Below, piece after piece: positions 43,891 to 54,015 of a stretch of DNA of 64,000 bases. The stretch spans positions 2,944,001 to 3,008,000 of the forward strand of contig OZ250165.1 of the NCBI GenBank assembly GCA_965238005.1, given 5' to 3'. The stretch is from Longimicrobiales bacterium (GTDB lineage Bacteria; Gemmatimonadota; Gemmatimonadetes; Longimicrobiales; Gaopeijiaceae). Positions within the stretch are counted from its first letter, which is position 1, and each line of letters opens with the position of its first letter. The notes beneath the pieces were generated by a model. It searched no databases. It worked only from the letters and a program-made list of their open reading frames with translations, and had not been told where the DNA came from. A program made the translations under genes and the position numbers.

Positions 43891-45225
43891 TCACCAGACG
43901 TGGCTCCACATTCGCTCGGCGAGGGGAGTCGCCGGAAACTGAGCCAACGGTCCGCCGCACATGTACCTCAGCGTCATATCGCCGCTGATTACGTTCTCCG
44001 CGACCCATGGTTCGCTCCCCGGGGGGTTGGGGTTGTCCTTGCAGATCAACTGGCCGAAGATGCTCGGCGCGCCGCTCACCTCGCACTGGGCGCCGGCGTA
44101 CACCAACCCCTCGAAGTTGTCGGCACCGCCTACGGGGTTGCCGTTCAGCTTCACATCTCCCTCGGCGATGATCAGGATGCTGTCGGAGTGGGCCGTCGTC
44201 ATATAGGGATTCCCGTTGATCTCGAACGATCCGGTCGCGAGGAAGGTGACGTCCGCGGGATTGCCGGGAGAGCCGATGTCGTTCGAAATCTGGACATTCC
44301 CGTCGACGCAATAGACCCCGTCGTCGATGTTGTTTTTGTCCGTGATGTATAGGTTCGGCAAGCTCCACTTCCAGCCCCAACGCTTAGCGCCGCCGCTAAA
44401 GTCGAAGCTCTCCGAGGTCGAGACCTTGAGCCCCTGGCCGGCGTTGTCGAAGATGTAGTCCGCCTCTCCGCATTAGTCGGTCGAGTCGAGATCGGGAATC
44501 GTGACCGTTGGGGCGTTCTCGGTTGGCGTGATGGGGTTCCCCAACGTGTCCACAGGTGAGCCGGGTCCCGACACCGTGCTCGACGTACTCAGATCGCCGG
44601 CAATCGTCGGGCTTCCGTCAAGGGTGAGGTCGCCGTTCGTGTGGAGGTCGCCGCACTCGCCACGGATATCGGGGTTTCCGGAGATTTTCGCCTCGTTGTC
44701 GAACGCCACCGCCGCTTTAATGCCCGCCAGGCCGCCCTTCACGATGATGCCGATGCGCCGCCGTCCCCCGTTGAGCCCCGGGCTCTGGCCCGTGGATTGG
44801 ACGGAGTAGAGCTTGGTGCTCGTGTCACCGCCGTCGATGCGGCGGTATACGAGGCGGTAGCTGCAGCGGTTCTCGATCGTCGTCCACGATCCTACGAGGC
44901 TGTCTCCGGTATTGGCCACCAACGCGTCCATGGCGCTCTGGTCCCAGTTCGAAACCGCGCTGTGTAAGCCCGCTTCGGCGGCGTAGAAGGCCTGGTTGGA
45001 GGCACTCACGGCCACGGCCGAGAGGAGCTCGTCCCTGGAGGCTTGGAGCGCCGCCACGCCGATCACCCCCAGCACCACCAGCGCGAAGATCGCGATGGGC
45101 AGGGCGAACCCCCCGTCCTGGGTGGTTCGGCCTGCTACGGTGTCCGTGAGGCCGGCGGCTGGCTCGCCGCCGCGGTGGCATGCGCCCCGTCGTGTGTCCA
45201 CGTGGTACCGGTCGCTGGTATCCAT
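43891..45225 (-). pseudogene. PilX-like adhesin, tandem copy 2 (cluster B), with an in-frame TAA at 44473-44475
   Basis: GG|FALPIAIF, QAFYAAEAG. STD*CGEADY aligns with STDYCGDADF of copy 1, and the frame continues into ORF 43891-44361. Confidence 0.8.
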
Positions 45226-45303
45226 TCTACATCTCCTCAGGAATTCTTTTGGTTGTTGCGCGTGCCGCGGTATCCGTGTCGGCACAGTCACGAGGTGTCA
45301 CGC

Positions 45304-46651
45304 TCACCACACGTGGTTCCACATTCGCTCGGCGAGGGGACGACCCGCCGTGGTGCCGGTCAGGACGCTGGTGTCGCACATGTACCTCAGCGTCATGTTC
45401 CCGTTGATCTGGTTCTTCGCTACCCATGTTTCGCTGCCCGGGGGGTTGGGGTTGTCCTTGCAGACGAACTGCCCATTGAGGTTCGGGTTACCGGCGATCT
45501 CGCACTGGGCGCCACCCCACACGAGCCCCTCGAAGTTCTCGTTCCCGCCTACGGGGTTGCCGTTCAGGTACAGATCTCCATCGGCCATGATCAGGATGCC
45601 GTCGGGGTGCGCCGCTGTCATGTAGGGATTCCCGTTGATCTGCGCCGACCCCGTCGCGAGGATCGTGACGTTCGTGGGGCTGCCGGGAGTACCGAGATCC
45701 TTCGAGACCTGGACGTTCCCGTCCATGCAGTAGGTCCCCTCAGCGATGTTCGCCGAGTCCGTCTCCCAGATGTTCGACCCAATGTTCCACTTCCAGCCCC
45801 AATGCGTGCCGCCGCCGCTAAAGTCGAAGGTCTCCGTGGTCGAGACCTTGAGGCCCAGACCGCTGCTATTGAAGATGAAATCGGCGTCACCGCAGTAATC
45901 GGTGGACTTGAGATCGGGAAGCGGCAGCGACGGCGCGCCCTCGGTGGGCGTGATGGGGTTCCCCAACGTGTCCACGGGTGAGCCTCCTCCCGACGCCGTG
46001 CCCGACACGCTCAGATCGCCGCCGATGATCGGGTTCCCCTGGAGCCCGATGTCGCCGTTCGAGTGGAGGCCGCCGCAGTCGCCGGTGATCTCGGGATTCC
46101 CGCTGATCTCCAGATCGCCGCCGAACGTGACACCCGCGTCAAGGCTCACCGCCACGCCCCCTTTCATGATGAGGCCCACGCGTCGTCTTCCCCCGTTGAG
46201 CCCCGGGCTCTGGCCCGTGGATTGGACGGAGTAGAGCTTGGTGCTCGTGTCACCGCCGTCGATGCGGCGGTATACGAGCTGGTAGCTGCAGCGGTTCTCG
46301 ATCGTCGTCCACGATCCCACGAGGCTGTCTCCGGTACTGGCTACCAACGTGTCGATGGCGACCTGGTCCCAGTTCGAAACCGCGCTGTGGATGCCGGCTT
46401 CGGCGGCGTAGAAGGCCTGGTTGGAGCCGCTCACGGCCAGGGCCGAGAGAAGCTCGTCTTTGGAGGCCTGGAGCGCCGCGACGGCCCATCACGCCCAGCA
46501 GCACCAGCAGGAAGATCACGATGGGCAGGGCGAACCCCGCGTCTCTGGTGGTCCGACCTGCCACGGTGTTCGCGACGCCGGCGGCGGGCTCGCCGCTGCC
46601 GTGGCATGCGCCCCGTCGTGTGTCCACGTGGTACCGGCCGCTGGCATCCAT
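45304..46651 (-). pseudogene. PilX-like adhesin, tandem copy 1 (cluster B), with a +1 frameshift near 46485
   Basis: AG|FALPIVIF in ORF 46250-46651. Removing one base in gtgatgggccgtc restores VAALQASKDELL and joins ORF 45304-46434. Span is 3n+1. Confidence 0.8.
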
Positions 46652-46673
46652 TCTATATCTCCTGAGGAACTCT

Positions 46674-47534
46674 CTAGTTGTTGCGCAGGCTCACCCTGAT
46701 GCGGAGCGTGTCCGCGAGGTTACCCGAGCTCACATAGGCGGACAGGTCCTCTCTGCTCTCGGCCTTGAGGAGGATCTCGATGGTGGCGACGTTCGCCGGC
46801 GTGGCGGTCACGGCACCATTCACGTCGTAGTAGTGGAAGACCAACCCGCTGTCGGCGGGACTCATGAGTGGGCCGGCCAGCACCTCACTGGCCCCTCCCG
46901 AGACGCTCTGTGTAAGCCAGTATCTCCCGCTCACCTGCTCGAGATCGAACTGGACCGGGTGGAAGGCGCGGATGGCTGAGCCCACCAAGAGGCTGTCGAT
47001 GATGGTCGCCGACCCCGCCAGGTCGATTGCGACCTCGGGGTTGGGCGCGCTGGTCGTGTCGCCCCAGAAGCAGTCTGGAGTCTTGGTGGCCAGCCCCGAC
47101 GCCGTGGTATCCGTGACCGACACCGTCACGATGTTCCACTCGTCGTCCTGCCTGGAGTAGGTAAACACGCTGTCGCTTGCGGCGAACTGTCCCGAGACGT
47201 CATAAATGCCGAACCACTGGGTGCTCGTCGAGCACATGATCCCGGCGGCGTGAACCGCCCTCATGGTCACGCTGTTGGTTCCGATCGTGGTCAGGTCGCC
47301 GCCCGTGGCCGACGCCTCCTGGAGGGCCCACGACAACATGCCGGCCCCCGTACGTAGGCTCACCTGAGTCCCCAGCTTGGCGCCCTGCACGGAATAGAGC
47401 GCCACCTGAGAGGTGAGGATCGTGAAAGCCGCCACCGTGAGCAAGGAGGCTACCACTAGGTTGACCAGCAGCTCCACGAGTGAGAATCCCCCACGGCCGG
47501 CAGGGATCACGCGACGACGTCGGCGAGCGCTCAT
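46674..47534 (-). CDS. PilW-like minor pilin (cluster B)
   Basis: GG|FSLVELLV motif; GLVFHYYD, C-terminal VSLRNN; TGATG overlap with the upstream gene. Confidence 0.8.
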   Translation of the reverse strand: MSARRRRRVIPAGRGGFSLVELLVNLVVASLLTVAAFTILTSQVALYSVQGAKLGTQVSLRTGAGMLSWALQEASATGGDLTTIGTNSVTMRAVHAAGIMCSTSTQWFGIYDVSGQFAASDSVFTYSRQDDEWNIVTVSVTDTTASGLATKTPDCFWGDTTSAPNPEVAIDLAGSATIIDSLLVGSAIRAFHPVQFDLEQVSGRYWLTQSVSGGASEVLAGPLMSPADSGLVFHYYDVNGAVTATPANVATIEILLKAESREDLSAYVSSGNLADTLRIRVSLRNN

Positions 47535-47923
47535 CAGTTCCCCAAGTTTGCGGCGTAGGTTACGAAGGTGTCCACCGTCACGCCGCCCAGGACGGAAGGA
47601 CGTTCCACGGCGAGGACGACGACCTTGGGGTCCGTGCCCGAGACCGCCCAGCTGATGGGAAAACCCCATACCGTGTCCGAATCCGACGCGACGCTGTCGT
47701 ACGGAAGCGAGCGCAGCGTCTCCATCTGGTACTGTGCCGCCGCCGCTGCCTCGGTGATGATCTCTCCGGCCCTGGCCTGTTGCCGGGCCGTGAGCATGTG
47801 CTGGACGGCGGCAAGGGCCCCGACCGTGAAGACGACCAAGGCGACCAGCACCTCCACGACGGAGACGCCCGCTCGGGGTCCCGACGTACGCGTGCGGGTG
47901 CTTATCCTGATGCGCTTGCTCAT
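47534..47923 (-). CDS. PilV-like minor pilin (cluster B)
   Basis: RAG|VSVVEVLVAL motif; QMETLRSLPYD. Confidence 0.78.
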   Translation of the reverse strand: MSKRIRISTRTRTSGPRAGVSVVEVLVALVVFTVGALAAVQHMLTARQQARAGEIITEAAAAAQYQMETLRSLPYDSVASDSDTVWGFPISWAVSGTDPKVVVLAVERPSVLGGVTVDTFVTYAANLGN

Positions 47924-48452
47924 CGCTGGAGCATCCCCGACGCGGTGACCGTCACCGTGTCCGACGAGCTCCCACGAGAGAATCCGATAGCGGCGGCTCC
48001 CGTGGTCGGACATCCGGCGGCGACGGCCACGAGTCCCCGGGGGTCGAAGCAAAGCAAGGACTTGTTGGCCGTTCACGTGGTACAGCCTGGTCTTCGCTCA
48101 CATCGACGACGGCGCCTATGGTATCCATGACGCCCGATCCGGCAAGGGTCGTATCGATCTGGACCCAGAACCGATCCGTGGAAGCGTCGATATGCAGCTC
48201 GGCGATGGCTCCGAATCGCACCGCCGCCGTGCGCGCCTTCTGATGCGCCGATATGAACTGATCGGCGGCTCCCCTGACTGCGAGCTGCTCCCAGGCGTCA
48301 CCGATCCTAGGGAATACGGTTCCCGTGATTACTCCGACGACGAGGAGCACGGTGACGAGCTCCATTATCGAGAACCCGCCCCGCCCGAGGCCCGACCGGG
48401 CCTGGACCATGTCGGGCTGGGCCCGGCCGATGGCACGTTGCTCTATCTCCAT
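47920..48452 (-). pseudogene. FimT/FimU-like minor pilin (cluster B), frameshifted near 48075
   Basis: GG|FSIMELVTV and ARTAAVRFG in one frame; TANKSLLCFDPRG...DTVTVTASGMLQR* in another, whose stop overlaps the next ATG (ATGA). Confidence 0.72.
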
Positions 48453-48594
48453 CTCATGACCTTTATGTCGGTGATCTATGTGATCTTGATGGCCGTTCGT
48501 CGCGATGCGCGTCCGCCCTCCATATCTATGGGCAAGGTAGATCATCATCTCTAGCCAACGTAGTAAGGTGCGTAGTGCTCCACGGGACCGCTGT

Positions 48595-48610
48595 CGCAAG
48601 GGGTGTACCT
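48595..48610 (-). promoter_or_regulatory. Possible sigma-54 promoter for pilin cluster B
   Basis: AGGTAC-ACCCC-TTGCG keeps GG-N10-GC spacing but deviates from TGGCAC-N5-TTGCW. Confidence 0.3.
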
Positions 48611-48868
48611 CAGGAGGAGGGGATTGTGGAAAACCGCGGAGAAGCCGCTTTTCTCCTGAGTCTCCGGCCCGCGCGCCCCTGGGGTAGTGCCCACACCGAT
48701 AGGAAAAACTTTCCCTTTTTCGGCAAATCTTTCGTGTCCACCCAGCTTTTTTCGCCGGGGGCCCGATGGAGCCCATCGCTTCTCGAGCGACCCGCAACCG
48801 ACCCCCACGGTGCTGGTTCGTCTCAAGTATGTGCGGTGCCCCCCATGGGGTGCAACAATTTTTCGCTG

Positions 48869-48901
48869 ATTCCTCAACAATTCCTCAACCATTTCTCGAA
48901 C
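48869..48901. repeat. Three direct repeats with 11-bp period
   Basis: attcctcaaca / attcctcaacc / atttctcgaac. Confidence 0.55.
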
Positions 48902-49027
48902 AACGGCTCTCCTGCGGTCCCCCTGCTCGAGACGGCTCCTGACTTCCCTGCAACACTGAAGTACCTTGGGTTTTCCTGGATTCAGGTCGGCAACGCCAAA
49001 CGCCGGATACCGGATATAGGAGACTGA

Positions 49028-51151
49028 ATGACTGAGATGTCTGGTTGCATACCGAGGAGTTACGTAGCGAGCCCGGCCCCACGGCTGAGCGCGCTGCTGA
49101 CCGTGGCCCTCACGGCCCTGGGCACACCAGGGGCGGAACTCTCCGCTCAAGAGCCACCCGACAGCGTCGTGCCGCTCGACTCCGTGGTGGTCACCGTGAC
49201 CCGAGGGTCGGACGGGCTGGGGCGGACCCCCTTCGCCGTCTCGGTCCAGGGCCAACGGAACCTCCAGCTCGGCAACACGGGCTTCTCTCTCGAAGAGGCC
49301 CTCCAGGGCCTTCCCGGGGTGCAGGTCCAGAACCGCTACAACTACACGGTCGGTGAGCGGATATCCATTCGCGGCCTCGGCGCCCGGGCCCAGTTCGGGG
49401 TGCGCGGCCTCAAGGTTCTGGTCGACGGGATTCCCGCCACCCTGGCGGACGGGCAGTCCACCCTGGACCACCTCGACCTCGGATCCTTGGGACGAGCGGA
49501 GATCTTGCGTGGCCCCGCTTCGGCGATGTACGGAAACGGGGGCGGTGGCGTGCTGAGCTTCGAGACCGCTCGGCCGCCCAACGTTCCCATGCGGCAGGAA
49601 GTGAAGGGTGTCTTCGGCGACAACGGCCTCGTGCGACTACAGAGCACGACCTCCGGGATGGCCGGAGGGACGGGATACCTCGTCAACATCGCCCACCTGT
49701 CGTACGACGGCTTCCGTACGCAGCCGGACGACCCTTCGGATTTGTACGGCGGAGCCGACCGCCTCAACGTGAATGCCCAGGTCTCTGCGGAAGTCGCCGG
49801 GGGATCGCTCCGGGTGACGGGCAACTTCTTCGACCTGGACGGAGAGAATGCCGGTCAGTTGAATCAGGCCGATCTGGAGTCGGGATCGCTGACGGCCCGG
49901 GGGTTCAACGTGAGCCAGGGCACCCGCAAAGACGTCCACCAGGGGCAACTTGGCGTCGCGTGGTCTGGGCCCCTCGGCGGCATAAACGCTCAGTTCTCGG
50001 GGTGGGGCCTCTTCCGCAACATGGACAATCCCATCCCACCGAGGATCATCAACCTGGAGCGCACCGCCTTCGGAGGACGTGCAACCCTCACCACGCAGAC
50101 TCCCGGCGAGTCTGGCGAGCTGACCTGGACCGCCGGGATCGATGTGGACTTCCAGCGCGACGATCGCCTGAACTTCGACAATGACGGGGGCACGCGGGGA
50201 ACGCTGACGCTGGATCAGTTCGAGACCGTTTCCGCCACCGGCCTCTTCGTCCAGGTTCGGGCTCCGCTCGGCGAGCGGGTCTCGGCGATGGGTGGACTAC
50301 GGTACGATCGCTTCCGCTTCGAGGCGGATGATCACTTGATCACCGCCGAGAGCCCCGACGAATCGGGAGTCCGAACCATGGACGCCCTGAGCCCCACCTT
50401 GGGCTTATACGTGGAGGTCAGCCCGGACCTGATCCTCTACGGGAACGTGGCCACGTCGCTTGATACGCCATCCACGACCGAACTCGTAAACCGCCCCGGC
50501 GGTGGGGGCGGTTTCAACCCAGACCTGGACCCGCAGCGGGGTGTGAGCGGAGAGTTCGGGCTCCGGGGACAGGTTCGTGGCCATCTGGGTTACGAGGCCA
50601 GCGTCTTCCTCACCCACAGCAACGATGAGCTGGTGCCGTTTGAAGACGAAGCTCAGGAGGGCCGGACGTTCTTCCGGAACAGCGGCTCGTCCAAGTATCA
50701 GGGCTTCGAGGGATCCATCCGGGCGGTCCTCCCCGCAGGAGTCTACGCCCAATTCACCTACACGTTCGTGGACGCCACCTTCACGGACTACGAGGTGGAC
50801 GGAGACGTGTTCGACGGCAACGACATCCCCGGGCTGACACGGCACCGCCTCGATGGATCTCTGCGGGTGACGAGCGGGCCCTGGTTCGGGGAGATCCGGG
50901 GCGATTATGTGGCACGGATAGCTGTGAACGACTCGAACGGTGAGTACGCACGCCCTTATGCGCTCTGGGAGGCACGCACCGGCCTGTCCGAGGCCCGGCT
51001 CGGTCGCATGGAGATCTCGCCCTTCGTCGGGGTCGCCAACCTCTTCGACAAGCTGTACTCGGCGGCCGTGGCCGTGAACGCGGGCGGCAGTCGCTACTAC
51101 GAGCCCGGACCGGGCAGAGCGTTCTTTGCGGGAATCAGCGCAGCGTTCTAG
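49028..51151 (+). CDS. TonB-dependent receptor
   Basis: Signal peptide, TonB box DSVVVTVTR, plug (ISIRG.G, VLVDGIP, EILRGPASAMYG..GGV), NLFDK.Y...GRAF, C-terminal Phe. Confidence 0.93.
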   Translation: MTEMSGCIPRSYVASPAPRLSALLTVALTALGTPGAELSAQEPPDSVVPLDSVVVTVTRGSDGLGRTPFAVSVQGQRNLQLGNTGFSLEEALQGLPGVQVQNRYNYTVGERISIRGLGARAQFGVRGLKVLVDGIPATLADGQSTLDHLDLGSLGRAEILRGPASAMYGNGGGGVLSFETARPPNVPMRQEVKGVFGDNGLVRLQSTTSGMAGGTGYLVNIAHLSYDGFRTQPDDPSDLYGGADRLNVNAQVSAEVAGGSLRVTGNFFDLDGENAGQLNQADLESGSLTARGFNVSQGTRKDVHQGQLGVAWSGPLGGINAQFSGWGLFRNMDNPIPPRIINLERTAFGGRATLTTQTPGESGELTWTAGIDVDFQRDDRLNFDNDGGTRGTLTLDQFETVSATGLFVQVRAPLGERVSAMGGLRYDRFRFEADDHLITAESPDESGVRTMDALSPTLGLYVEVSPDLILYGNVATSLDTPSTTELVNRPGGGGGFNPDLDPQRGVSGEFGLRGQVRGHLGYEASVFLTHSNDELVPFEDEAQEGRTFFRNSGSSKYQGFEGSIRAVLPAGVYAQFTYTFVDATFTDYEVDGDVFDGNDIPGLTRHRLDGSLRVTSGPWFGEIRGDYVARIAVNDSNGEYARPYALWEARTGLSEARLGRMEISPFVGVANLFDKLYSAAVAVNAGGSRYYEPGPGRAFFAGISAAF

Positions 51152-51196
51152 GCGGGGGCCGGCCGGGCAAGCGGCGTTGCAGGTGGGCGACGGCTC

Positions 51197-52129
51197 TCAG
51201 CGCGATCTCGCGGAGGTGCAGTGATCAGCGCTGGAGACCACGGCGAGGGCGTTCCGCACGGCCCGCTCGCCATCCTCGTCCGAGGGATGGCTGAGTGCCC
51301 TGCCCCCGACGACCATGACCGACGATCCCCCCCCGTCCAGATTCAGGGCCTCGGTAGCGCCCACGGCCGCCAGGGCGTCCGTGAGCTCCACGAGCGTCAT
51401 ACCCGATGAATACGCGCCCTGCCGGCCGTCGATCACCATCAACCACAGCCTGTCTGTTCCTGGATCGTACCCGACGGCCGTGCGCGGATGACGGAACGAT
51501 GCGAAGCTCTGCGTGGGGTCGAGCGCGAGCTCCATCATCGCGCGGCCGCTATCCAGCAGCTCGGGAAAGCCACCCACCACCTGGGCCGACAAGTCCTCGT
51601 CACCGGAGATCCAGAAGCCGGCGCCCAGAGATCCCCCCTCCCCCACCTGGCTCGTTCCGATCCAGGGATCCTCGCCCGGCCGCCAGGAAAAGGCGGGCCG
51701 CGTACGGGACCGGAGGAGCCGGCCACCCGCCACCTCCGGGCCCACGGGCCGTCCCTCCGGTGTAAAGAAGTCGCCATTTACCGCCGCAAAAACCCCGTCC
51801 CCCGCGACCTCCACCAGGTGGGTGACGGTGGCGAGGCCGGCGATCGCCCCCTCGTCCTCACCGGCCGGGAGCACGGTCATGCCCAGCTCGCAGCGCTCCA
51901 GCTCGAGCCTCAGGATGTGGACGGCCCAAGGGCCCTTGGGCGACCAGGCGTAGTGATAGGAGACCCCGTTCTGCAGGAAGCGAGTCCGCACGGTGTCCGG
52001 TGTCAGGTAGGCCAGCAGGGCTTGCGGGAGCGGCTCCACCAACCGGACCGGTCGGTCGGGAGGGCCGCACGACAGCGCGCTGGTGACGAAAGCGAGGACC
52101 GCAGCGACCAACCTGGCATCCGGCTTCAC
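51197..52129 (-). CDS. Phosphodiester glycosidase (NAGPA domain) lipoprotein
   Basis: Lipobox ALSC; AVNGDFF, HPRTAVG, IDGRQ..S.GMT, ALNLDGGGSS, ERAV.NA. Confidence 0.88.
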   Translation of the reverse strand: MKPDARLVAAVLAFVTSALSCGPPDRPVRLVEPLPQALLAYLTPDTVRTRFLQNGVSYHYAWSPKGPWAVHILRLELERCELGMTVLPAGEDEGAIAGLATVTHLVEVAGDGVFAAVNGDFFTPEGRPVGPEVAGGRLLRSRTRPAFSWRPGEDPWIGTSQVGEGGSLGAGFWISGDEDLSAQVVGGFPELLDSGRAMMELALDPTQSFASFRHPRTAVGYDPGTDRLWLMVIDGRQGAYSSGMTLVELTDALAAVGATEALNLDGGGSSVMVVGGRALSHPSDEDGERAVRNALAVVSSADHCTSARSR

Positions 52130-52384
52130 GATGGGACTACAGACGTGTGCAACCGCCGGCTTCTCGCGTCGGGGCCACATGGCCCGGAATCCCGCCGTGA
52201 CCGCTAGTGCACCCGCACTAATTGGGGAAAGCGGGGGGACACTCGCTTAAAGATACATTCTTCCGTTCGGCGAAAAAATGTTCGGCGAGAGCGAGCCTGC
52301 CGCAGCATGGGGAAGCCTACTCGATCGGTGGCAAAGCGGGTCACTACCAGGCGTCAGGCGATGTGCCGTCTTCCGGAAGAAATG

Positions 52385-52400
52385 CGGCACACGGGTTGCA
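52385..52400 (+). promoter_or_regulatory. Possible sigma-54 promoter
   Basis: CGGCAC-ACGGG-TTGCA, one mismatch to TGGCAC-N5-TTGCW, about 50 bp before ATG 52450. Confidence 0.45.
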
Positions 52401-52449
52401 GTATGGGGCTGAGACAACCGCAGGACCTTGCCTCTCGAGGGAGCAGACC

Positions 52450-53052
52450 ATGAGCTCGTTCTTCGGCGCGTTGCGCCCCGCGATCATCGTCATCGTCGTT
52501 GGCACCACGGTCGCCTGCGGCGGTGATGACGCCACCAGCCCCGACCCTCCGGGACGTACGCAGGCCATCGTCCGGGACATGCCCGCCCCGTCAATCACTG
52601 CCGACGGGTTCGTGAGTGCCGACATCAACGTCCTCATATCGACCGACGGGCAGAGCTGGACCGCCCTCGGCTCGCCGAACGGGATTACCGTCGAGCTACA
52701 GAGCGAAACCGACAGCACGAACGTGCATGGGGAAGTCACTGCCCCCGCGGGAAGCTTCCGCTTCGTCCGTCTCGTGATGGCAAATGCTCGGGCCACGGTC
52801 AAATCGGGAAGCACGATCGGTAGCGCCACTCTAGGGGATGACGTGCTGCTCACCCTCGGCGGAGACGATGACGTGGTGGTGGTCGAGAAGAGCGTATCGT
52901 TCCAGGTCGTGGCCGGCACCCTGGCCAGCATCTCGTTCGAGCTGAACGCCGAGCAGTGGCTCACGGAGCTGAACCTGCAGGACGGGGTGGTGGACGATTC
53001 CGAGATCCAGGTGGCCGCGACGGTTCGGTCCCGGGCGGAGCCCAGCCCTTAA
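52450..53052 (+). CDS. Beta-rich lipoprotein (DUF4382-like)
   Basis: GAGGGAG RBS, lipobox TVAC, PAGSFRFVRL motif. Confidence 0.65.
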   Translation: MSSFFGALRPAIIVIVVGTTVACGGDDATSPDPPGRTQAIVRDMPAPSITADGFVSADINVLISTDGQSWTALGSPNGITVELQSETDSTNVHGEVTAPAGSFRFVRLVMANARATVKSGSTIGSATLGDDVLLTLGGDDDVVVVEKSVSFQVVAGTLASISFELNAEQWLTELNLQDGVVDDSEIQVAATVRSRAEPSP

Positions 53053-53114
53053 GGACCAGATACCCGGGGAGATCGGTTGTCGAGGCGGCGCCGATTCCTC
53101 TATACTCCGGCGCC

Positions 53115-53702
53115 ATGAGCTTGCGCGTCACTCCCGACCTCGTCGATCACCTCCCCCGCCCCGGCCTTCCCCTCTGGAGGATCGGCCGGCTCCTTCTGTT
53201 CCCGGCTCTCAGCCTCTTGGCGTTCGGCGTCATTGCGTTCGCCCCTTCGCATGCCGACGCCCAGACCTCGTCCGGGAACGATGACATGGAGTTCCGCGTC
53301 GGCGTCACGGCTGGAGGCATCGGGCTCGTCGGTCTCACCTTCGAGTTCCGCTGGGGTGATCGAAGTATAGACGCGAACCTGGCCACGTTCGGCTTCACGG
53401 ATGTGAGCCTGGCCGTCACCGGCAAGCAGTACTTCGGCGGCGGGGACTTGCAGCCATTCCTGGGGATCGGACTATGGACCGTCACGGCGTTCCCCGACGA
53501 TCCAACGCAGAGGACAGGTAAGACGCTGCTCCTCAGAATCCCGTTGGGGGCCGACTGGAACCTGGTCGGAGACCACTCCTTGGGCGCGAGCCTCGCGCTC
53601 AACGAGGGCCTCTGGATCCAACGCGCCGACCCGTTGGACGACACGCCCATCGGCCATCGACCGATCCCTCTCCCGGGCTTCTACTACCGGGTGAAACCGT
53701 AG
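53115..53702 (+). CDS. Hypothetical small outer-membrane beta-barrel protein
   Basis: Signal peptide ending ADA/Q, alternating beta strands, aromatic-rich C-terminus. Confidence 0.55.
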   Translation: MSLRVTPDLVDHLPRPGLPLWRIGRLLLFPALSLLAFGVIAFAPSHADAQTSSGNDDMEFRVGVTAGGIGLVGLTFEFRWGDRSIDANLATFGFTDVSLAVTGKQYFGGGDLQPFLGIGLWTVTAFPDDPTQRTGKTLLLRIPLGADWNLVGDHSLGASLALNEGLWIQRADPLDDTPIGHRPIPLPGFYYRVKP

Positions 53703-53758
53703 GCTGAAAGGTCCGACGGCCCCACGCGACTCCGCCGGGCTTCAGATCACGGCGCGAC

Positions 53759-54010
53759 CTAGAGCTCTTCCGCCTCGTCCCAGGTCTGCTCCCAGAACTC
53801 GTCTTCCTTCTTGCGGATCTGATCCAGATCGAGGGGTGGGGGGTCGTCAGTGACGAGGGTCCCAACGTCCTCGATCCGCCGGACGTCATCGTCGTCGATG
53901 TGGGGCGGTGGGATCTCCAAGGATTTCCTAATTCGAAGCCGCATGGAGATCCACGCATAGACGACGAGACCGCCGAGGAGAAACCAGAGTGCAGGCCAGA
54001 CGAAGCGCAT
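53759..54010 (-). CDS. Small single-TM protein with an acidic tail
   Basis: Hydrophobic N-terminus, then IDDDDVRRIE..G...PLDLDQI...EDEFW..TWDE; directly downstream of thrC. Confidence 0.65.
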   Translation of the reverse strand: MRFVWPALWFLLGGLVVYAWISMRLRIRKSLEIPPPHIDDDDVRRIEDVGTLVTDDPPPLDLDQIRKKEDEFWEQTWDEAEEL

Positions 54011-54015
54011 GATGA

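Noticed and set aside
43891..46651. Diversity-generating retroelement TR/VR pair
   Set aside because: Differences between the copies involve all four bases rather than only adenines, both copies are full-length genes, and no reverse transcriptase is present in the window.
47534..48797. Track ORFs 47534-48076 and 47952-48797 taken at face value
   Set aside because: Their extensions are artefacts of the frameshift near 48075 and of upstream open frames; prepilin motifs and stop/start overlaps define starts at 48452 and 47923.
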